DNA of 64,000 bases. Origin: Candidatus Kaiserbacteria bacterium (GTDB lineage: Bacteria > Patescibacteriota > Minisyncoccia > Phycocordibacterales > UBA918). The notes under the pieces are model-generated. The model worked only from the letters and a program-made list of their open reading frames with translations. It was not told where the DNA came from and ran no database searches. Below, piece by piece: positions 28,738-39,506 of the stretch. Both the position numbers and the translations under genes were made by a program. Where the stretch lies: positions 30,969 through 94,968 of the forward strand of contig JAHQWD010000002.1 of assembly GCA_019634005.1 (NCBI GenBank). The letters run 5' to 3'. Every line of letters starts with the position of its first letter. Position 1 is the first letter of the stretch.

Positions 28738-28842
28738 TGGTCTTCTCCCTTATAATGATTTCAAGACAACTCAGTACTGGGACTAATATATCATATATAA
28801 ACCATATTGTCAAGTAATTCAAAAGCCTGCTATACTACCCTC

Positions 28843-29256
28843 ATGGAAAAGACCCTCTACGAAAAACTCATCGACAGAGATCTCCCTGTATGGCCAGTGT
28901 ACGAAGATGATACGGCCTTCGCCTTTTTAGATATAGAGCCAACAAATAAGGGTCATGCACTTGTGATCCCAAAGAAGCCCTATCGAAATATTTTCGATAT
29001 TCCGCACGATGTACTCGGACACCTCATGGGAGTAGCGCAAAAGATTTCCCATGCTATGAGAGAAACGCTAGAAGCAGACGGTATTACCATTGTTATGAAC
29101 AACGAATCTGCGGGAGGGCAAAAAGTATTTCATACGCATATCCATATCATTCCCCGATTTGAAGGAGATGAGATCTTTCAAGACCCAAAGCACACAGAAT
29201 ATAAAGACGGAGAAAAAGATGCCCTTGCTGAAAAACTTCGTGATGCTATTTCATAA
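28843..29256 (+). CDS. HIT family hydrolase
   Basis: AFLDIEP..KGHALVIPK, HTHIHIIPR. Confidence 0.94.
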   Translation: MEKTLYEKLIDRDLPVWPVYEDDTAFAFLDIEPTNKGHALVIPKKPYRNIFDIPHDVLGHLMGVAQKISHAMRETLEADGITIVMNNESAGGQKVFHTHIHIIPRFEGDEIFQDPKHTEYKDGEKDALAEKLRDAIS

Positions 29257-29260
29257 TGTG

Positions 29261-29288
29261 TTGACATTGTGCGCACAATGTATACACT
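29261..29288 (+). promoter_or_regulatory. TA promoter with 18-bp palindromic operator
   Basis: TTGACA-16-TACACT overlapping the perfect palindrome ACATTGTGCGCACAATGT (29264-29281). Confidence 0.8.
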
Positions 29289-29294
29289 GCATAC

Positions 29295-29555
29295 ATGTCT
29301 ACTTCAACGATAAATATCCGCATTGATGAAAAAACAAAGCGTCGCGCAGCCGCAACGCTTTCTTCTATTGGGCTCGACATGTCGAGTGCAGTAAAAATGT
29401 TCCTCCACCAGGTGATACTTGAGGACGGTGTTCCATTTATACCCTCTCGAAAGAGACAGAAGGAGATTCGTGCTGAATGGGATCAGGAAATCGCAGAAGC
29501 AATGAAAGGAACGAGCTACCGTACCGCAAAAGAACTCCACGACGCAATAGAATAA
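29295..29555 (+). CDS. RelB/DinJ antitoxin
   Basis: INIRIDEKTK...IGLDMSSAVKMFL..V....VPF. Confidence 0.9.
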   Translation: MSTSTINIRIDEKTKRRAAATLSSIGLDMSSAVKMFLHQVILEDGVPFIPSRKRQKEIRAEWDQEIAEAMKGTSYRTAKELHDAIE

Positions 29556-29562
29556 CTCTTCC

Positions 29563-29718
29563 ATGTATTCTATTGTTGCTTCAAAGAAATACGTGCGTTC
29601 TTATAGAAAGTACCTACGCTCTGGAGTTAAGAAGCAAACATTAGATGAGTTGCAACTCGTCATTGATACCCTTGCTGAAGGAAAGAAACTTAATCGTCAC
29701 GCCCAATTATTTAAGTGA
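29563..29718 (+). pseudogene. truncated YafQ/RelE-family toxin
   Basis: MYSIVASKKYVRSYRK...LQLVIDTLAEGKKL then runs into the pgk 3' end; C-terminal half absent. Confidence 0.7.
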
Positions 29719-30820
29719 GTGCCTCAATTCCTGGAAGTGTTCCCGTTTCTAGGAACACTAACATCGCACCGCCTGCGGTAGAGAGAAAAGAAAACCTATC
29801 TTCAAGTTGCAGCTTTGCAATCGAGGCAATGGTGTCTCCGCCGCCGACGACAGAGTATGCATCACTTGTTGCAATAAGATCTGCGAGTGCCTCTGTATAT
29901 TCCGCAAATCCTTCTTCATAATTTCCAAGCGGACCATTCCATAAAATAGTTTGTGCTTCAGCGACATAGGTTGCAAGCATCTTCATTGTTTCAGGCCCCG
30001 CATCAAGAATCATTTCATTGGATCGCACGTCATCTGGACTCGTCACCCGCACCTCACCCGTCGCATTTCTCACCGTGACATCCACAGGAAGCAGGATGTT
30101 CTCCCGACTAAGCAATGCATCATCAACCGCAACAGAAGAGACAAGGGATGTGCCCACCTCAAATCCTTTTGCTTTAAAGAAATCATTTGCAAGTGCTCCG
30201 CCAACAAACACACGGTCATATATATCAGCGTATTGTGTAATAAGCGGTGCTTTGGTCTCAAATTTTGCTCCGCCGAGTATAAATAGTGATGGAGATTCTG
30301 GAGTGCGCACTTCTTCAAGTGTGTGATACTCCTTCTCAAAATTCAGTCCCATGTACGAAGGAAGATGTTTCGGGATGCCAACAATAGATGCATGTGCTCT
30401 ATGCGATGCGGCGAAGGCATCGTTCACATAGATGTCAGTAAGGGATGCAAGTTCTTTTGCAAAGGTATCGTCATTTTTTTTCTCTCCCTCATTACACCGA
30501 AGGTTCTCAAGAAGAAGTGCTTCTCCATTTTCCAACGCATCAGTCATCTCTTTCGCCTCAGAAAAATCTCCGCACCATAAGAGTGACATCCGCCGTCGCA
30601 TCGCTTGGTACACCGATTCAAGTGTATCTGTTTTTTCTCGTCCGATGTGTGCAATGATTACAACCTTTGCCCCTTCTCCTACAAGGTAATCGATCGTCTT
30701 CATCGCCTTTCTAATACGAAAGTCATCGATCACCTCCCCATTTTCAATCGGTACGTTAAGTGATGCGCGAAGTAACACTTTCTTTCCACGGAGATCTGGT
30801 ACGTCCACTATCGATTTCAT
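29711..30820 (-). CDS. pgk: phosphoglycerate kinase
   Basis: LLENLR, VNDAFAASHRAHAS, GGGDT, STAGGA. Confidence 0.96.
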   Translation of the reverse strand: MKSIVDVPDLRGKKVLLRASLNVPIENGEVIDDFRIRKAMKTIDYLVGEGAKVVIIAHIGREKTDTLESVYQAMRRRMSLLWCGDFSEAKEMTDALENGEALLLENLRCNEGEKKNDDTFAKELASLTDIYVNDAFAASHRAHASIVGIPKHLPSYMGLNFEKEYHTLEEVRTPESPSLFILGGAKFETKAPLITQYADIYDRVFVGGALANDFFKAKGFEVGTSLVSSVAVDDALLSRENILLPVDVTVRNATGEVRVTSPDDVRSNEMILDAGPETMKMLATYVAEAQTILWNGPLGNYEEGFAEYTEALADLIATSDAYSVVGGGDTIASIAKLQLEDRFSFLSTAGGAMLVFLETGTLPGIEALT

Positions 30821-31572
30821 AGGCGATCTACAATTTTTGCCACCTCGATAAAATTATCTGCTTTCAGACTTGCTCCACCGACCAAGAAACCATCTACTTC
30901 ACCTTGTGTGTAGAGTTCCTCTGCATTCTTTTTATTCACTGATCCTCCATACAGCACACGAATTTTTGAAAGTGCAGTACGCCCAAACATGTCGCTGAGT
31001 ACTTTTTGTATAAAAAGTTTCATTTCGTGTGCATCATGTGCTGTTGCTGTATTGCCAGTGCCAATTGCCCAGATTGGTTCATACGCAATAGCAACATTCC
31101 CAAGTTTTGTCTTCGGTACACCTTGAAGCGCCATCCGAATCTGATCCTCTACAAGCGCAAGGTAGTGTCCGTGGTCATCTCGCTCTTTCTCTCCGACACA
31201 GATAATGGCAGTATTCCCTGCTTTCACTGTCGCAGATACTTTCTTCGCCACCTCATCATCTGTCTCTCCCTGCTCTCGTACCTCAGAGTGCCCAATGATG
31301 ACATGCTTTACATTGATGCTCGAAAGCATCGCATTTGAAACTTCTCCCGTATGTGCACCTAATTTCTCCCAAAAGACATCCTGGGCTACCAAAAATGTCT
31401 TCTTTCCTTTTGCTTTCTCAGCGAGTGCAGAGAGGAAGACCATTGGTGGTGCAACAGCAACTTCTACCTTCCTCAAGCGTGCCACCCCCTTCTGCACATC
31501 TGTATATAACGTATTCGCAAGCGAAAGCGACGTTGGATTAAGTTTCCAGTTCCCGATGACAATTGGTTTCAT
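30817..31572 (-). CDS. tpiA: triosephosphate isomerase
   Basis: GNWK, IGHSE, AYEPIWAIGTG, LVGGASL. Confidence 0.97.
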   Translation of the reverse strand: MKPIVIGNWKLNPTSLSLANTLYTDVQKGVARLRKVEVAVAPPMVFLSALAEKAKGKKTFLVAQDVFWEKLGAHTGEVSNAMLSSINVKHVIIGHSEVREQGETDDEVAKKVSATVKAGNTAIICVGEKERDDHGHYLALVEDQIRMALQGVPKTKLGNVAIAYEPIWAIGTGNTATAHDAHEMKLFIQKVLSDMFGRTALSKIRVLYGGSVNKKNAEELYTQGEVDGFLVGGASLKADNFIEVAKIVDRL

Positions 31573-31589
31573 ACGAAGATTGTAGCATG

Positions 31590-33338
31590 CTACTCCTCTG
31601 CGAGTATCCGAAGCACTTCTTCAATACTAGTCTGTCCTAGTGCCGCCTTAAAAAGTCCATCTTCTGCAAGTGTAGTCATACCCTCTTTTGCTGCATGCTT
31701 CTGTATCTTTTCGATGTCTGCTTCTTCAAGAATCAGTTCTCGAAGTGCAGGAGTGATACGGAGCACCTCGTGGATACCGATACGTCCAAGACCCTCCACG
31801 ACAGCATCTTTCTTTGGTCTATAAAATGGAATCGTACTCCATGTTGCAGTCTTCTTCACCACACCTTCAGCCTTGAGGTGTTTAAGGACGGCATTCATAT
31901 CTATATATTGCTCGAGTGCATCACGCTCTTCTTTTGAAAGTGTATACGCCTCCTTCTCTTCTGGGAGTTTCCCAACCAGACGAATGCCGATAGCAAGTTT
32001 TAACGTGTGTGCAAGCACAAATGGCTCTATGTCCATCTCCCGAAGACGGGTAATGACATCCACCGCACGTGCTGCATACATACCACCGAGCATCAGGTGT
32101 CCACTCTGTGCGGCGTGTGTGGTAAGTGTCGCAGTCTGGGCATCTTTAATATCTCCCACCATCACGATGTCGGAGTCTTGGCGAAGGAGTGCACGAAGGC
32201 CTGATGCGAAGGTGAGGCCGAGGTCTGGACGTATCTGGGTCTGATTCACTCGTGCGAGTTGGTATTCTATTGGATCTTCAATGGTTGCTACGTTAACGTC
32301 TGGTGTATTGAGCACATCAAGCATGGTGTAGAGAGTAGTTGTTTTTCCAGAGTCTTCAGGACCTGCAAGCACAATGAGCCCTTGCCGTTCTCGCATAACC
32401 TCGTGAATCTGTTCGAGAGACTCTCCGTGGAAGCCAATACCCTCAAGGGTAAACCCTGAGCGATTCTCTTCCACGAGGCGCATGACTACCTTTTCGCCAA
32501 AGTACACAGGCACTACTGACACACGAAATACAATCTTCTGGCTCTCGAGTTCCATCTTGAAACGTCCTTCCTGCGGAAGATACTTCTGATCCAAACGAAG
32601 TCCTGCAATATTTTTAATCCGTGCACTGATAAACGGTGCCAAACGCTTTGGGAGCACCATCGCATCATGAAGCACGCCATCGATACGGTAGCGAATGACC
32701 AACTCATTCTCTGCTGGTTCTATATGCACATCCGATGCGGACTGTGCAATCGCGTGACGAAGTAACATATCGACAATACGTACCACTTCTGGTCGTTCAA
32801 TACGCTTTGCCAGTGCACTGATATCAATCTTTCCGTCTGCGGTTTGCGGACACTCTGCAACACCACGTGCTTCTTGTGCAATTCGGCTTCCAAACGCTGT
32901 TTTTAACCCTTGGTGATATTGCCCCAGTGCATATTTCATTGAAGCCGTGTCAGTGAGACGAGGGCGCATACGATATCCCATACGCTTTGCGAGCGTCTCT
33001 AACGCCTTCATGTTTTGAACATCAAGGGTTGCCACCTCTAGTACATTTCCTTCTTTCTTAAATGCAATGACATTGTGTCCACGTGCAATTGGCTCTGGAA
33101 TAATGGAAAGCACGTCGAAGGTGAGATCTGTTCCGCTAAGTTGCACAAACGGTACACCAAGAATGTACGCCTCGATACGACGGAGATCATCTTCAGTAAT
33201 GGTTCCATTAGAAATTAATGCTTCTGCAAATGACATGCTTCGATCTTCTGCAAGTGTCTCGGCAGCATCAAGATCCTTCCGAAGTGCCATACCGGAATCG
33301 AGCATAAATCTTTTCAATTGCGCGTCTTGAATGTGCAT
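31590..33338 (-). CDS. GspE/PilB-family ATPase, degenerate motifs
   Basis: ASDVHIEP, RYRIDG, TIEDPIEY, LRALLRQD; Walker A GPEDSGKT, Walker B MVGDIKD. Confidence 0.9.
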   Translation of the reverse strand: MHIQDAQLKRFMLDSGMALRKDLDAAETLAEDRSMSFAEALISNGTITEDDLRRIEAYILGVPFVQLSGTDLTFDVLSIIPEPIARGHNVIAFKKEGNVLEVATLDVQNMKALETLAKRMGYRMRPRLTDTASMKYALGQYHQGLKTAFGSRIAQEARGVAECPQTADGKIDISALAKRIERPEVVRIVDMLLRHAIAQSASDVHIEPAENELVIRYRIDGVLHDAMVLPKRLAPFISARIKNIAGLRLDQKYLPQEGRFKMELESQKIVFRVSVVPVYFGEKVVMRLVEENRSGFTLEGIGFHGESLEQIHEVMRERQGLIVLAGPEDSGKTTTLYTMLDVLNTPDVNVATIEDPIEYQLARVNQTQIRPDLGLTFASGLRALLRQDSDIVMVGDIKDAQTATLTTHAAQSGHLMLGGMYAARAVDVITRLREMDIEPFVLAHTLKLAIGIRLVGKLPEEKEAYTLSKEERDALEQYIDMNAVLKHLKAEGVVKKTATWSTIPFYRPKKDAVVEGLGRIGIHEVLRITPALRELILEEADIEKIQKHAAKEGMTTLAEDGLFKAALGQTSIEEVLRILAEE

Positions 33339-33460
33339 ACCTCCAAAGTATTGTTTTTAGTATACCGCACATACTCCCACATCGGGAGTTGTGTGTTGTA
33401 GAGAATTAGAAAAGGCCGCACATGTAGTGCGACCTTGTTTTTGTTTTGGAGTATTTGTCA

Positions 33461-33862
33461 TTATTCGACAATATTCTCCGGCTTGACTGTTGCTACCAGA
33501 GCATCCGTCAGCTGTTTTTCAATTGCAATCAATTCCAGCGACCGTTCATACGGCTGCCAGAACCCGAGTTCGTTTTTCTTGTAACAGTCGGCGACCTTTT
33601 GGGCGGGGATACAAATCTCCACCATTTTTTTCTGGTCCCGATCATAGAAGCCAGTGAGAGCGCCTTCCAGCCACGGGGCCTCCTCCTGGATAAGGAGGTA
33701 AGCATTTTTCATGTCCAGTACCTGAACGTCGCGGTACTCTTCAAGCTGAGCCCAATATGTTACCGTTTTGCCTGCTGTTTCTGCCACGTGTGCGATAGAC
33801 AGGCCGACAATAGAAAAAAGGGCTATAACAACTGCTGTAAACTTCAAAGAACGTTTATTCAT
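33461..33862 (-). CDS. hypothetical exported protein
   Basis: RBS AAGGAGA, N-terminal signal/TM, promoter TTGACA-16-TATAAT. Confidence 0.7.
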   Translation of the reverse strand: MNKRSLKFTAVVIALFSIVGLSIAHVAETAGKTVTYWAQLEEYRDVQVLDMKNAYLLIQEEAPWLEGALTGFYDRDQKKMVEICIPAQKVADCYKKNELGFWQPYERSLELIAIEKQLTDALVATVKPENIVE

Positions 33863-34075
33863 TGGATTTCTCCTTGCTACGGCCGACCCCCTCTTGGTGT
33901 CTCCTCTTCCGTAACTCTTAATTATATTATAACATATTTGTATATGTTGTCAACAGTATTAAGATATCGCCTATTTTGACCATTTGACACCCACCCACCT
34001 ATCAGATATACTCTTATCACTGAAGGAAGTCGGCATGCGCCGACGTTTTTTATTAAAAAAATTACATACAGAACT

Positions 34076-35398
34076 ATGTTTGACCTTAAGGTAATTAACT
34101 CCGTACTGGATCAGATGGAGGAAGAACGCGGCATTGGACGCGAAAAGATGCTGGATGCAATCGAGCAGTCTCTTGCAACTGCATATAAGAAAGAATACGG
34201 AAAGCGCGGACAGATTGTACGTGCGTCATTCGATATCAATACAGGAGATACTGCATTCGAGCAGGTAAAGACCGTTGTAGACGAGTCTCTTGTACGTATG
34301 GAAGAGGAGGGTGAAGAAATCGAGGAGGTAGAAACACCAGAAGTCGACGAAGACGGGGAGGAGAAACTTCCTCGCTTCGATGCTGAAAAGCACATCATGC
34401 TTGAGAACGCGAAGCTCATTAAGGGTGATGCACAACTTGGCGACGAACTCGTATTCCCCCTTGAGCCGAAAGACGATTTCGGACGTATCGCTGCACAGAC
34501 TGCAAAGCAGGTCATCATTCAGAAGATCCGTGAAGCAGAGAAAGAGTCTGCACTTAAAGAGTTCGGACAGAAAGCAGGAGACATCGTCGTTGGACACGTA
34601 CAGCGTTTCGAACGTGGAAACCTCTACGTAGATCTTGGACGCGTGACCGCCATCATGCCGTATGACGAGCAGATCCCTGGAGAACGATTCAAGACGGGAG
34701 ATCGTATCCGTGCAATGCTTATGGCCGTAGAGGAGACACCACGCGGTATTTTCCTCAAACTTTCTCGATCAAGTTCCGACTTCCTTAAAAAACTCTTTGA
34801 AATTGAGGCACCCGAGCTTCAGAACGGTACCGTTGAGGTAAAAGCAATCGCCCGTGAAGCGGGTTCACGTTCTAAGATTGCGGTATACGCAACAGACTCA
34901 CACATTGATCCCGTAGGATCACTCGTCGGACAGCGTGGAGTACGTGTCTCTACCGTTATGAGCGAGCTTGGTGGTGAAAAGATCGACATCATTGAATGGT
35001 CTGAAGCACCAGAAGATTTTATCGAAGATGCACTCTCTCCTGCACAGGTACTTGAGGTAAAAATCGAAGAAGAGGGAGAAGAGGATGCAGATATCAAAGG
35101 TCACGCAATTGTAGAAGTTGCTGAAGATCAGCAATCTCTCGCTATCGGACGAGGTGGACAGAATGTGCGCCTTGCCGCAAAACTTACTGGCTGGAAGATT
35201 GATATTGTCTCTGCGAATACTGGAGACCAGCTTGCAGAAGCAGATGAAACTGGAGAGGTAGAAGTTGCTGAACCAGTTGAAGCGGCGGAGGCTGAAGTAG
35301 TAGAAGAAACTCCAGCTTCAGAAGTTGAAGAAAAGCCAGAAGAGACTCCCGAGGAGGAACCTTCTGAGGAAAAGGAGGAAACCGAAGACAAGGAGTAG
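34076..35398 (+). CDS. nusA: transcription factor NusA
   Basis: FGRIAAQTAKQVI, AREAGSRSKIAV, AIGRGGQNVRLA. Confidence 0.97.
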   Translation: MFDLKVINSVLDQMEEERGIGREKMLDAIEQSLATAYKKEYGKRGQIVRASFDINTGDTAFEQVKTVVDESLVRMEEEGEEIEEVETPEVDEDGEEKLPRFDAEKHIMLENAKLIKGDAQLGDELVFPLEPKDDFGRIAAQTAKQVIIQKIREAEKESALKEFGQKAGDIVVGHVQRFERGNLYVDLGRVTAIMPYDEQIPGERFKTGDRIRAMLMAVEETPRGIFLKLSRSSSDFLKKLFEIEAPELQNGTVEVKAIAREAGSRSKIAVYATDSHIDPVGSLVGQRGVRVSTVMSELGGEKIDIIEWSEAPEDFIEDALSPAQVLEVKIEEEGEEDADIKGHAIVEVAEDQQSLAIGRGGQNVRLAAKLTGWKIDIVSANTGDQLAEADETGEVEVAEPVEAAEAEVVEETPASEVEEKPEETPEEEPSEEKEETEDKE

Positions 35399-35436
35399 CT
35401 CAAAAATAAAAACCGCAGGATATCCTGCGGTTTTTA

Positions 35437-35628
35437 TTATACCTGGATCATTGCTAACACCTCACCAAAAAGGAGAAGTCCCCCGAGAATAATCACTTCA
35501 ACTACGACAATGAGGAGCGCAAGTCTCCAATATAGTGACCACGACATTCCGATCATTGTCTTTTTCGGATACTTCTCTACAAAATCTTTAAACCGAGGGT
35601 TTAAACCGCCTAGATTCCACCAACTCAT
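35437..35628 (-). CDS. small membrane protein
   Basis: 63 aa with hydrophobic C-terminal half, convergent on the nusA terminator. Confidence 0.55.
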   Translation of the reverse strand: MSWWNLGGLNPRFKDFVEKYPKKTMIGMSWSLYWRLALLIVVVEVIILGGLLLFGEVLAMIQV

Positions 35629-35724
35629 AGATATATTGTTTAATTACTATGTATATATCCTAGCAAAGTTTTCATTACAAAAAATCCTGCTATACTGACT
35701 TCCACAAGTTAAATACACAAAACT

Positions 35725-36240
35725 ATGAACCTACTTCACGATATTCCAGCAGGAACCGCTGATGAAATGAACGTCATCATCGAGATTCCAAAGTTCTCAA
35801 AGAACAAATACGAGATCGACAAAGAAACGGGTATTATTGCACTTGATCGTGTGATGCACACCGCGCAAGACTATCCATTTGATTACGGATTTGTCCCCCA
35901 AACACTCTTCGATGACGGAGATGCACTTGATGTAGTGCTCGTGACTACATATCCACTTCAGCCAGGAATCCTCGTGAAAGCACGTCCTGTTGCCATTATG
36001 GAGATGGTAGATGGCGGAGAACGAGATGACAAGGTCGTTGCAGTCCCTGTAGAAGACCCGCGACTTGAGCACATCAAGGATCTTGGAGACCTTAATCCTC
36101 ATTTCACCAAGGAAATGGCACACTTCTTCGAGACATATAAGAAAGTGCAGAATAAGGAGGTCTCTGTTGGAGAATGGCATGGAAAAGAGAAGGCAAAAGA
36201 GGCTTTCGAGCACAGCCGAGAACTCTATACAAAGAAATAG
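35725..36240 (+). CDS. ppa: inorganic pyrophosphatase
   Basis: YPFDYGFVPQT..DDGDALDV, FFETYK. Confidence 0.96.
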   Translation: MNLLHDIPAGTADEMNVIIEIPKFSKNKYEIDKETGIIALDRVMHTAQDYPFDYGFVPQTLFDDGDALDVVLVTTYPLQPGILVKARPVAIMEMVDGGERDDKVVAVPVEDPRLEHIKDLGDLNPHFTKEMAHFFETYKKVQNKEVSVGEWHGKEKAKEAFEHSRELYTKK

Positions 36241-36354
36241 AGCGTGAAATAACGTTTTGTGTACAACCGACCCCATCAATTTGATGGGGTCGGTTTATAC
36301 TTAAAATAACCACATGTATCTCTCGTGGTTATTAACCCTATTCATTAGCGTAGT

Positions 36355-37257
36355 ATGAACACATCAATATCAAATTATAAGATAGCAACCCTTGCAGGAG
36401 CGCTTGCGTTCCTTCTTGTTGCGCCATCGGTATTTGCACAAAGCAATTTCGACCGTGTACAGCGAACAGATTTGCAGGCACAGCAAGTAGAAAGGCAGGA
36501 GGCTGCAGATGCACGGAAGGCGGAGATGGAAGCGATGCAGGCAGAGCGTCAGGATGCGATGGAAGCGAAAAAGGTTGAGGCTGAAGCACAGAAAGAGGAG
36601 CGCATGGAAGCCATGGAGGCGCAAAAGATGGAACGTGCCGAGACTATGGAGGAGCGACAGACCATGATTGTTGAGAAGAAAGAAGAGCGTGAAGCCATGA
36701 TGGAGGAACGCAAGGCGGAGATGGAAGCGAAACGCGAAGAGCGAGAGCTCGCACTTGAAGAAAAACGTGCCGAGATTGAGGCGCGTAAAGAAGAACGTGT
36801 TGCAGCGCTCAGCGAACAGCGACAGGCACGTATCGCAGAGGTTGCAAGCAATGCAACAGACCGTCTCGAAGCAGGAATCAGTAAGGTACAGGGTGCCATC
36901 GACAGCATCACTGAACGTGCAGAAAGTCTTGAAGAGCGTGGCGTTGACGTAGACGCAGCATTTTCAACGCTTGCAAGTGCAGAAAGTGCCCTTGATGAAG
37001 CCGCTGTACTCATTAACGGTCTTGATGTGGAGGTGGAATACACCACGACATCAGACGACCCGCAGGCAGACTGGGAAGGTGCACGAGCACAGTTTGATGA
37101 GATTCGCGATCTTATCAAGTCTGCAGCAGCACTTGTTCGAGAAGCAGTTGCAGAACTGAAGGATGCAGTCGCTGATGCAGATCTCGGTCAAGGAGTGAGT
37201 GACGCGGTGCGTCAGGACGATGCAGATGATACAGTAGAAGATGAAACTACTGAGTAA
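36355..37257 (+). CDS. secreted coiled-coil protein
   Basis: Signal peptide ending VFA; E/R/M-rich repeats such as ERMEAMEAQK. Confidence 0.8.
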   Translation: MNTSISNYKIATLAGALAFLLVAPSVFAQSNFDRVQRTDLQAQQVERQEAADARKAEMEAMQAERQDAMEAKKVEAEAQKEERMEAMEAQKMERAETMEERQTMIVEKKEEREAMMEERKAEMEAKREERELALEEKRAEIEARKEERVAALSEQRQARIAEVASNATDRLEAGISKVQGAIDSITERAESLEERGVDVDAAFSTLASAESALDEAAVLINGLDVEVEYTTTSDDPQADWEGARAQFDEIRDLIKSAAALVREAVAELKDAVADADLGQGVSDAVRQDDADDTVEDETTE

Positions 37258-37279
37258 TTTATTCGCATAATGTATAACT

Positions 37280-37696
37280 ATGGACGAAAATAACAAAGAC
37301 GGTATGACCACTCCAGAGGAGGGATCAATGGATACCGAGAAAATGAACATGCCAGAGCAAGAGGCACCACAACAGACTGCAACACCTGCTCCAGAACCAA
37401 TGACTGAAGCCCCCGCTACAGAGCCAGAGAAAAAATCTTCTCTCCTTGGCCCAATCATTGGTATTGTCATCATCCTTATCCTTCTCATTCTCGTTGGACT
37501 CTATGTCCGCGGTGCAATGATTCGTGAGGATGCGATGATGGAAAATGAAGAAGCAATGATGATGGATGATGAAGATGCCGATGTAGCAGCCCTTGATGAT
37601 ATTGATGCTCTTGTTGAAGACCTTGATGTCGATGCAATCGACGAGGAACTTGAAGCAATTGATGCAGAGCTCGACGAAGCGCTCAGTGACATCTAA
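37280..37696 (+). CDS. acidic single-pass membrane protein
   Basis: One TM helix flanked by low-complexity acidic regions. Confidence 0.75.
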   Translation: MDENNKDGMTTPEEGSMDTEKMNMPEQEAPQQTATPAPEPMTEAPATEPEKKSSLLGPIIGIVIILILLILVGLYVRGAMIREDAMMENEEAMMMDDEDADVAALDDIDALVEDLDVDAIDEELEAIDAELDEALSDI

Positions 37697-37781
37697 AGAG
37701 AGATACATACCTCCCAAAAATCCACGCATGGTGCGTGGATTTTTGCATATTTGCACACCCTCGTGTACACTGTCCCCCACT

Positions 37782-38879
37782 ATGACAAAAGATGAACTAA
37801 AGAACATTAGCGTAGAAAAACAAGAGGGCTCAGCGGTGAAAATTACTGGTGAAATTCCGTTTGAACACCTTGCTCGTCACCGCGAAGCAGCGGTAAAGCA
37901 CCTTGCAAAAGATATTGAAATCGATGGCTTCCGTAAGGGAAACATCCCAGAGAAAGTACTCGTAGAACGTGTCGGAGAAGGACCAATTCTCGAGGAAATG
38001 GCCAACCGTGCACTCCAGGATGCATACCCGAAGATTATCGAGGAGCACAACATTGATGTGATCGGGTACCCACAGATCTCTCTCACCAAACTTGCGATGG
38101 ATAATCCACTTGGATTCACCGCAACAGTTGCAACGGTGCCAGAAATCAAACTCCCAGACTACAAAAAGATTGCGGGGGAGATTAACAAAGACAAAGAGTC
38201 TGCAGACGTGACCGAGGAAGATATTGAGAACCAGATCAAGGACATTCTTCGCCAGAAGACTGCGTACGAACGTCTCCAGAAGAAGGCAGAGCAGGCAAAG
38301 GAAGGTGAAGAAGCACCAACTGATGAACCAGAAGGAGAGGTAAAGGATGAGGAACTTCCAGAACTCACTGATGAAATTGTAAAAACACTCGGACAGCCTG
38401 GACAATTTGAGAATGTTGAAGACTTCAAGGCGAAAATCAAGGAACATCTTGAAATCCAGAAGAAGCAAGAAGTGGAGTCTGCCCACCGTGCAAAAATCAC
38501 TGATGCCATTGTAGAAGAGACAGAGATGGAACTTCCGAAAGTGCTCATCGATGCAGAAATTGCACAGATGTTTGGACAGATGGAGCAGGATCTTACACGC
38601 GCAGGGCTGAAGATTGATGACTACCTCGGTCACATGAAAAAGACACGTGAAGATCTTGTGAAAGAATGGACTCCAAGCGCAGAGAAGCGTGCGAAACTGC
38701 AGTTGGTACTCAATGAAATTGCAAAGCAGGAAGACACAAAGCCTGATGAGACAGAATTGAAGAATCAAACTGATGCACTTATCGCACAGTACAAGGACGC
38801 GGACGAGACACGTGTACGTACATACGTTGCATCAGTGCTCACTAACGAAGCAGTGATGAAGATGTTGGAGAGTCAATAG
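37782..38879 (+). CDS. tig: trigger factor (PPIase domain appears reduced)
   Basis: [10 protein letters not shown] ribosome-binding motif; upstream of clpP. Confidence 0.92.
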   Translation: MTKDELKNISVEKQEGSAVKITGEIPFEHLARHREAAVKHLAKDIEIDGFRKGNIPEKVLVERVGEGPILEEMANRALQDAYPKIIEEHNIDVIGYPQISLTKLAMDNPLGFTATVATVPEIKLPDYKKIAGEINKDKESADVTEEDIENQIKDILRQKTAYERLQKKAEQAKEGEEAPTDEPEGEVKDEELPELTDEIVKTLGQPGQFENVEDFKAKIKEHLEIQKKQEVESAHRAKITDAIVEETEMELPKVLIDAEIAQMFGQMEQDLTRAGLKIDDYLGHMKKTREDLVKEWTPSAEKRAKLQLVLNEIAKQEDTKPDETELKNQTDALIAQYKDADETRVRTYVASVLTNEAVMKMLESQ

Positions 38880-38902
38880 ACTTCGTGATACACTCACCTC
38901 AT

Positions 38903-39505
38903 ATGGAACACAAAAATACCGAGACAAATAACTTTCTCGTCCCTATGGTCGTTGAAAAAAGCGCCCAAGGCGAACGTGCGTTTGATATCTACTCACGTCT
39001 TCTTAAGGAGCGCATTATCTTTGTAACTGGTCCAATTGAAGACCATATGGCAAACCTCGTGGTAGCCCAACTTCTCTTCCTTGAAGCAGAAGATCCAAAG
39101 AAAGATATCTACCTCTACGTAAACTCTCCAGGAGGAAGTGTCACCGCAGGACTTGGTATTGTAGACACTATGAATCACATCAAGCCAGATGTCGTGACCG
39201 TCTGTGTCGGTATGGCAGCATCTATGGGATCCATCATCCTCTCACAGGGGGCAAAAGGAAAGCGAAGTATTCTTTCAAACGCCGAGGTGATGATTCATCA
39301 ACCATGGGGTGGTGCACAGGGACAGGCGTCTGACATTGAAATTACTGCACGTCACATTCTGAAGACTCGTGAACGTCTTAATAAGATGCTTGCGAAAGCA
39401 ACTGGTAAGGCATTGTCTCAGATTGAAAAAGATACCGACCGCGACTTCTTTATGACCGCAGAAGAAGCAAAGAAATACGGTATTGTCGACGAGATATTGA
39501 AATAA
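38903..39505 (+). CDS. clpP: ATP-dependent Clp protease proteolytic subunit
   Basis: [29 protein letters not shown]. Confidence 0.98.
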   Translation: MEHKNTETNNFLVPMVVEKSAQGERAFDIYSRLLKERIIFVTGPIEDHMANLVVAQLLFLEAEDPKKDIYLYVNSPGGSVTAGLGIVDTMNHIKPDVVTVCVGMAASMGSIILSQGAKGKRSILSNAEVMIHQPWGGAQGQASDIEITARHILKTRERLNKMLAKATGKALSQIEKDTDRDFFMTAEEAKKYGIVDEILK

Positions 39506-39506
39506 T

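Noticed and set aside
36480-36830. DNA tandem repeat array
   Set aside because: Degenerate repetition explained by an E/R/M-rich coiled-coil coding sequence
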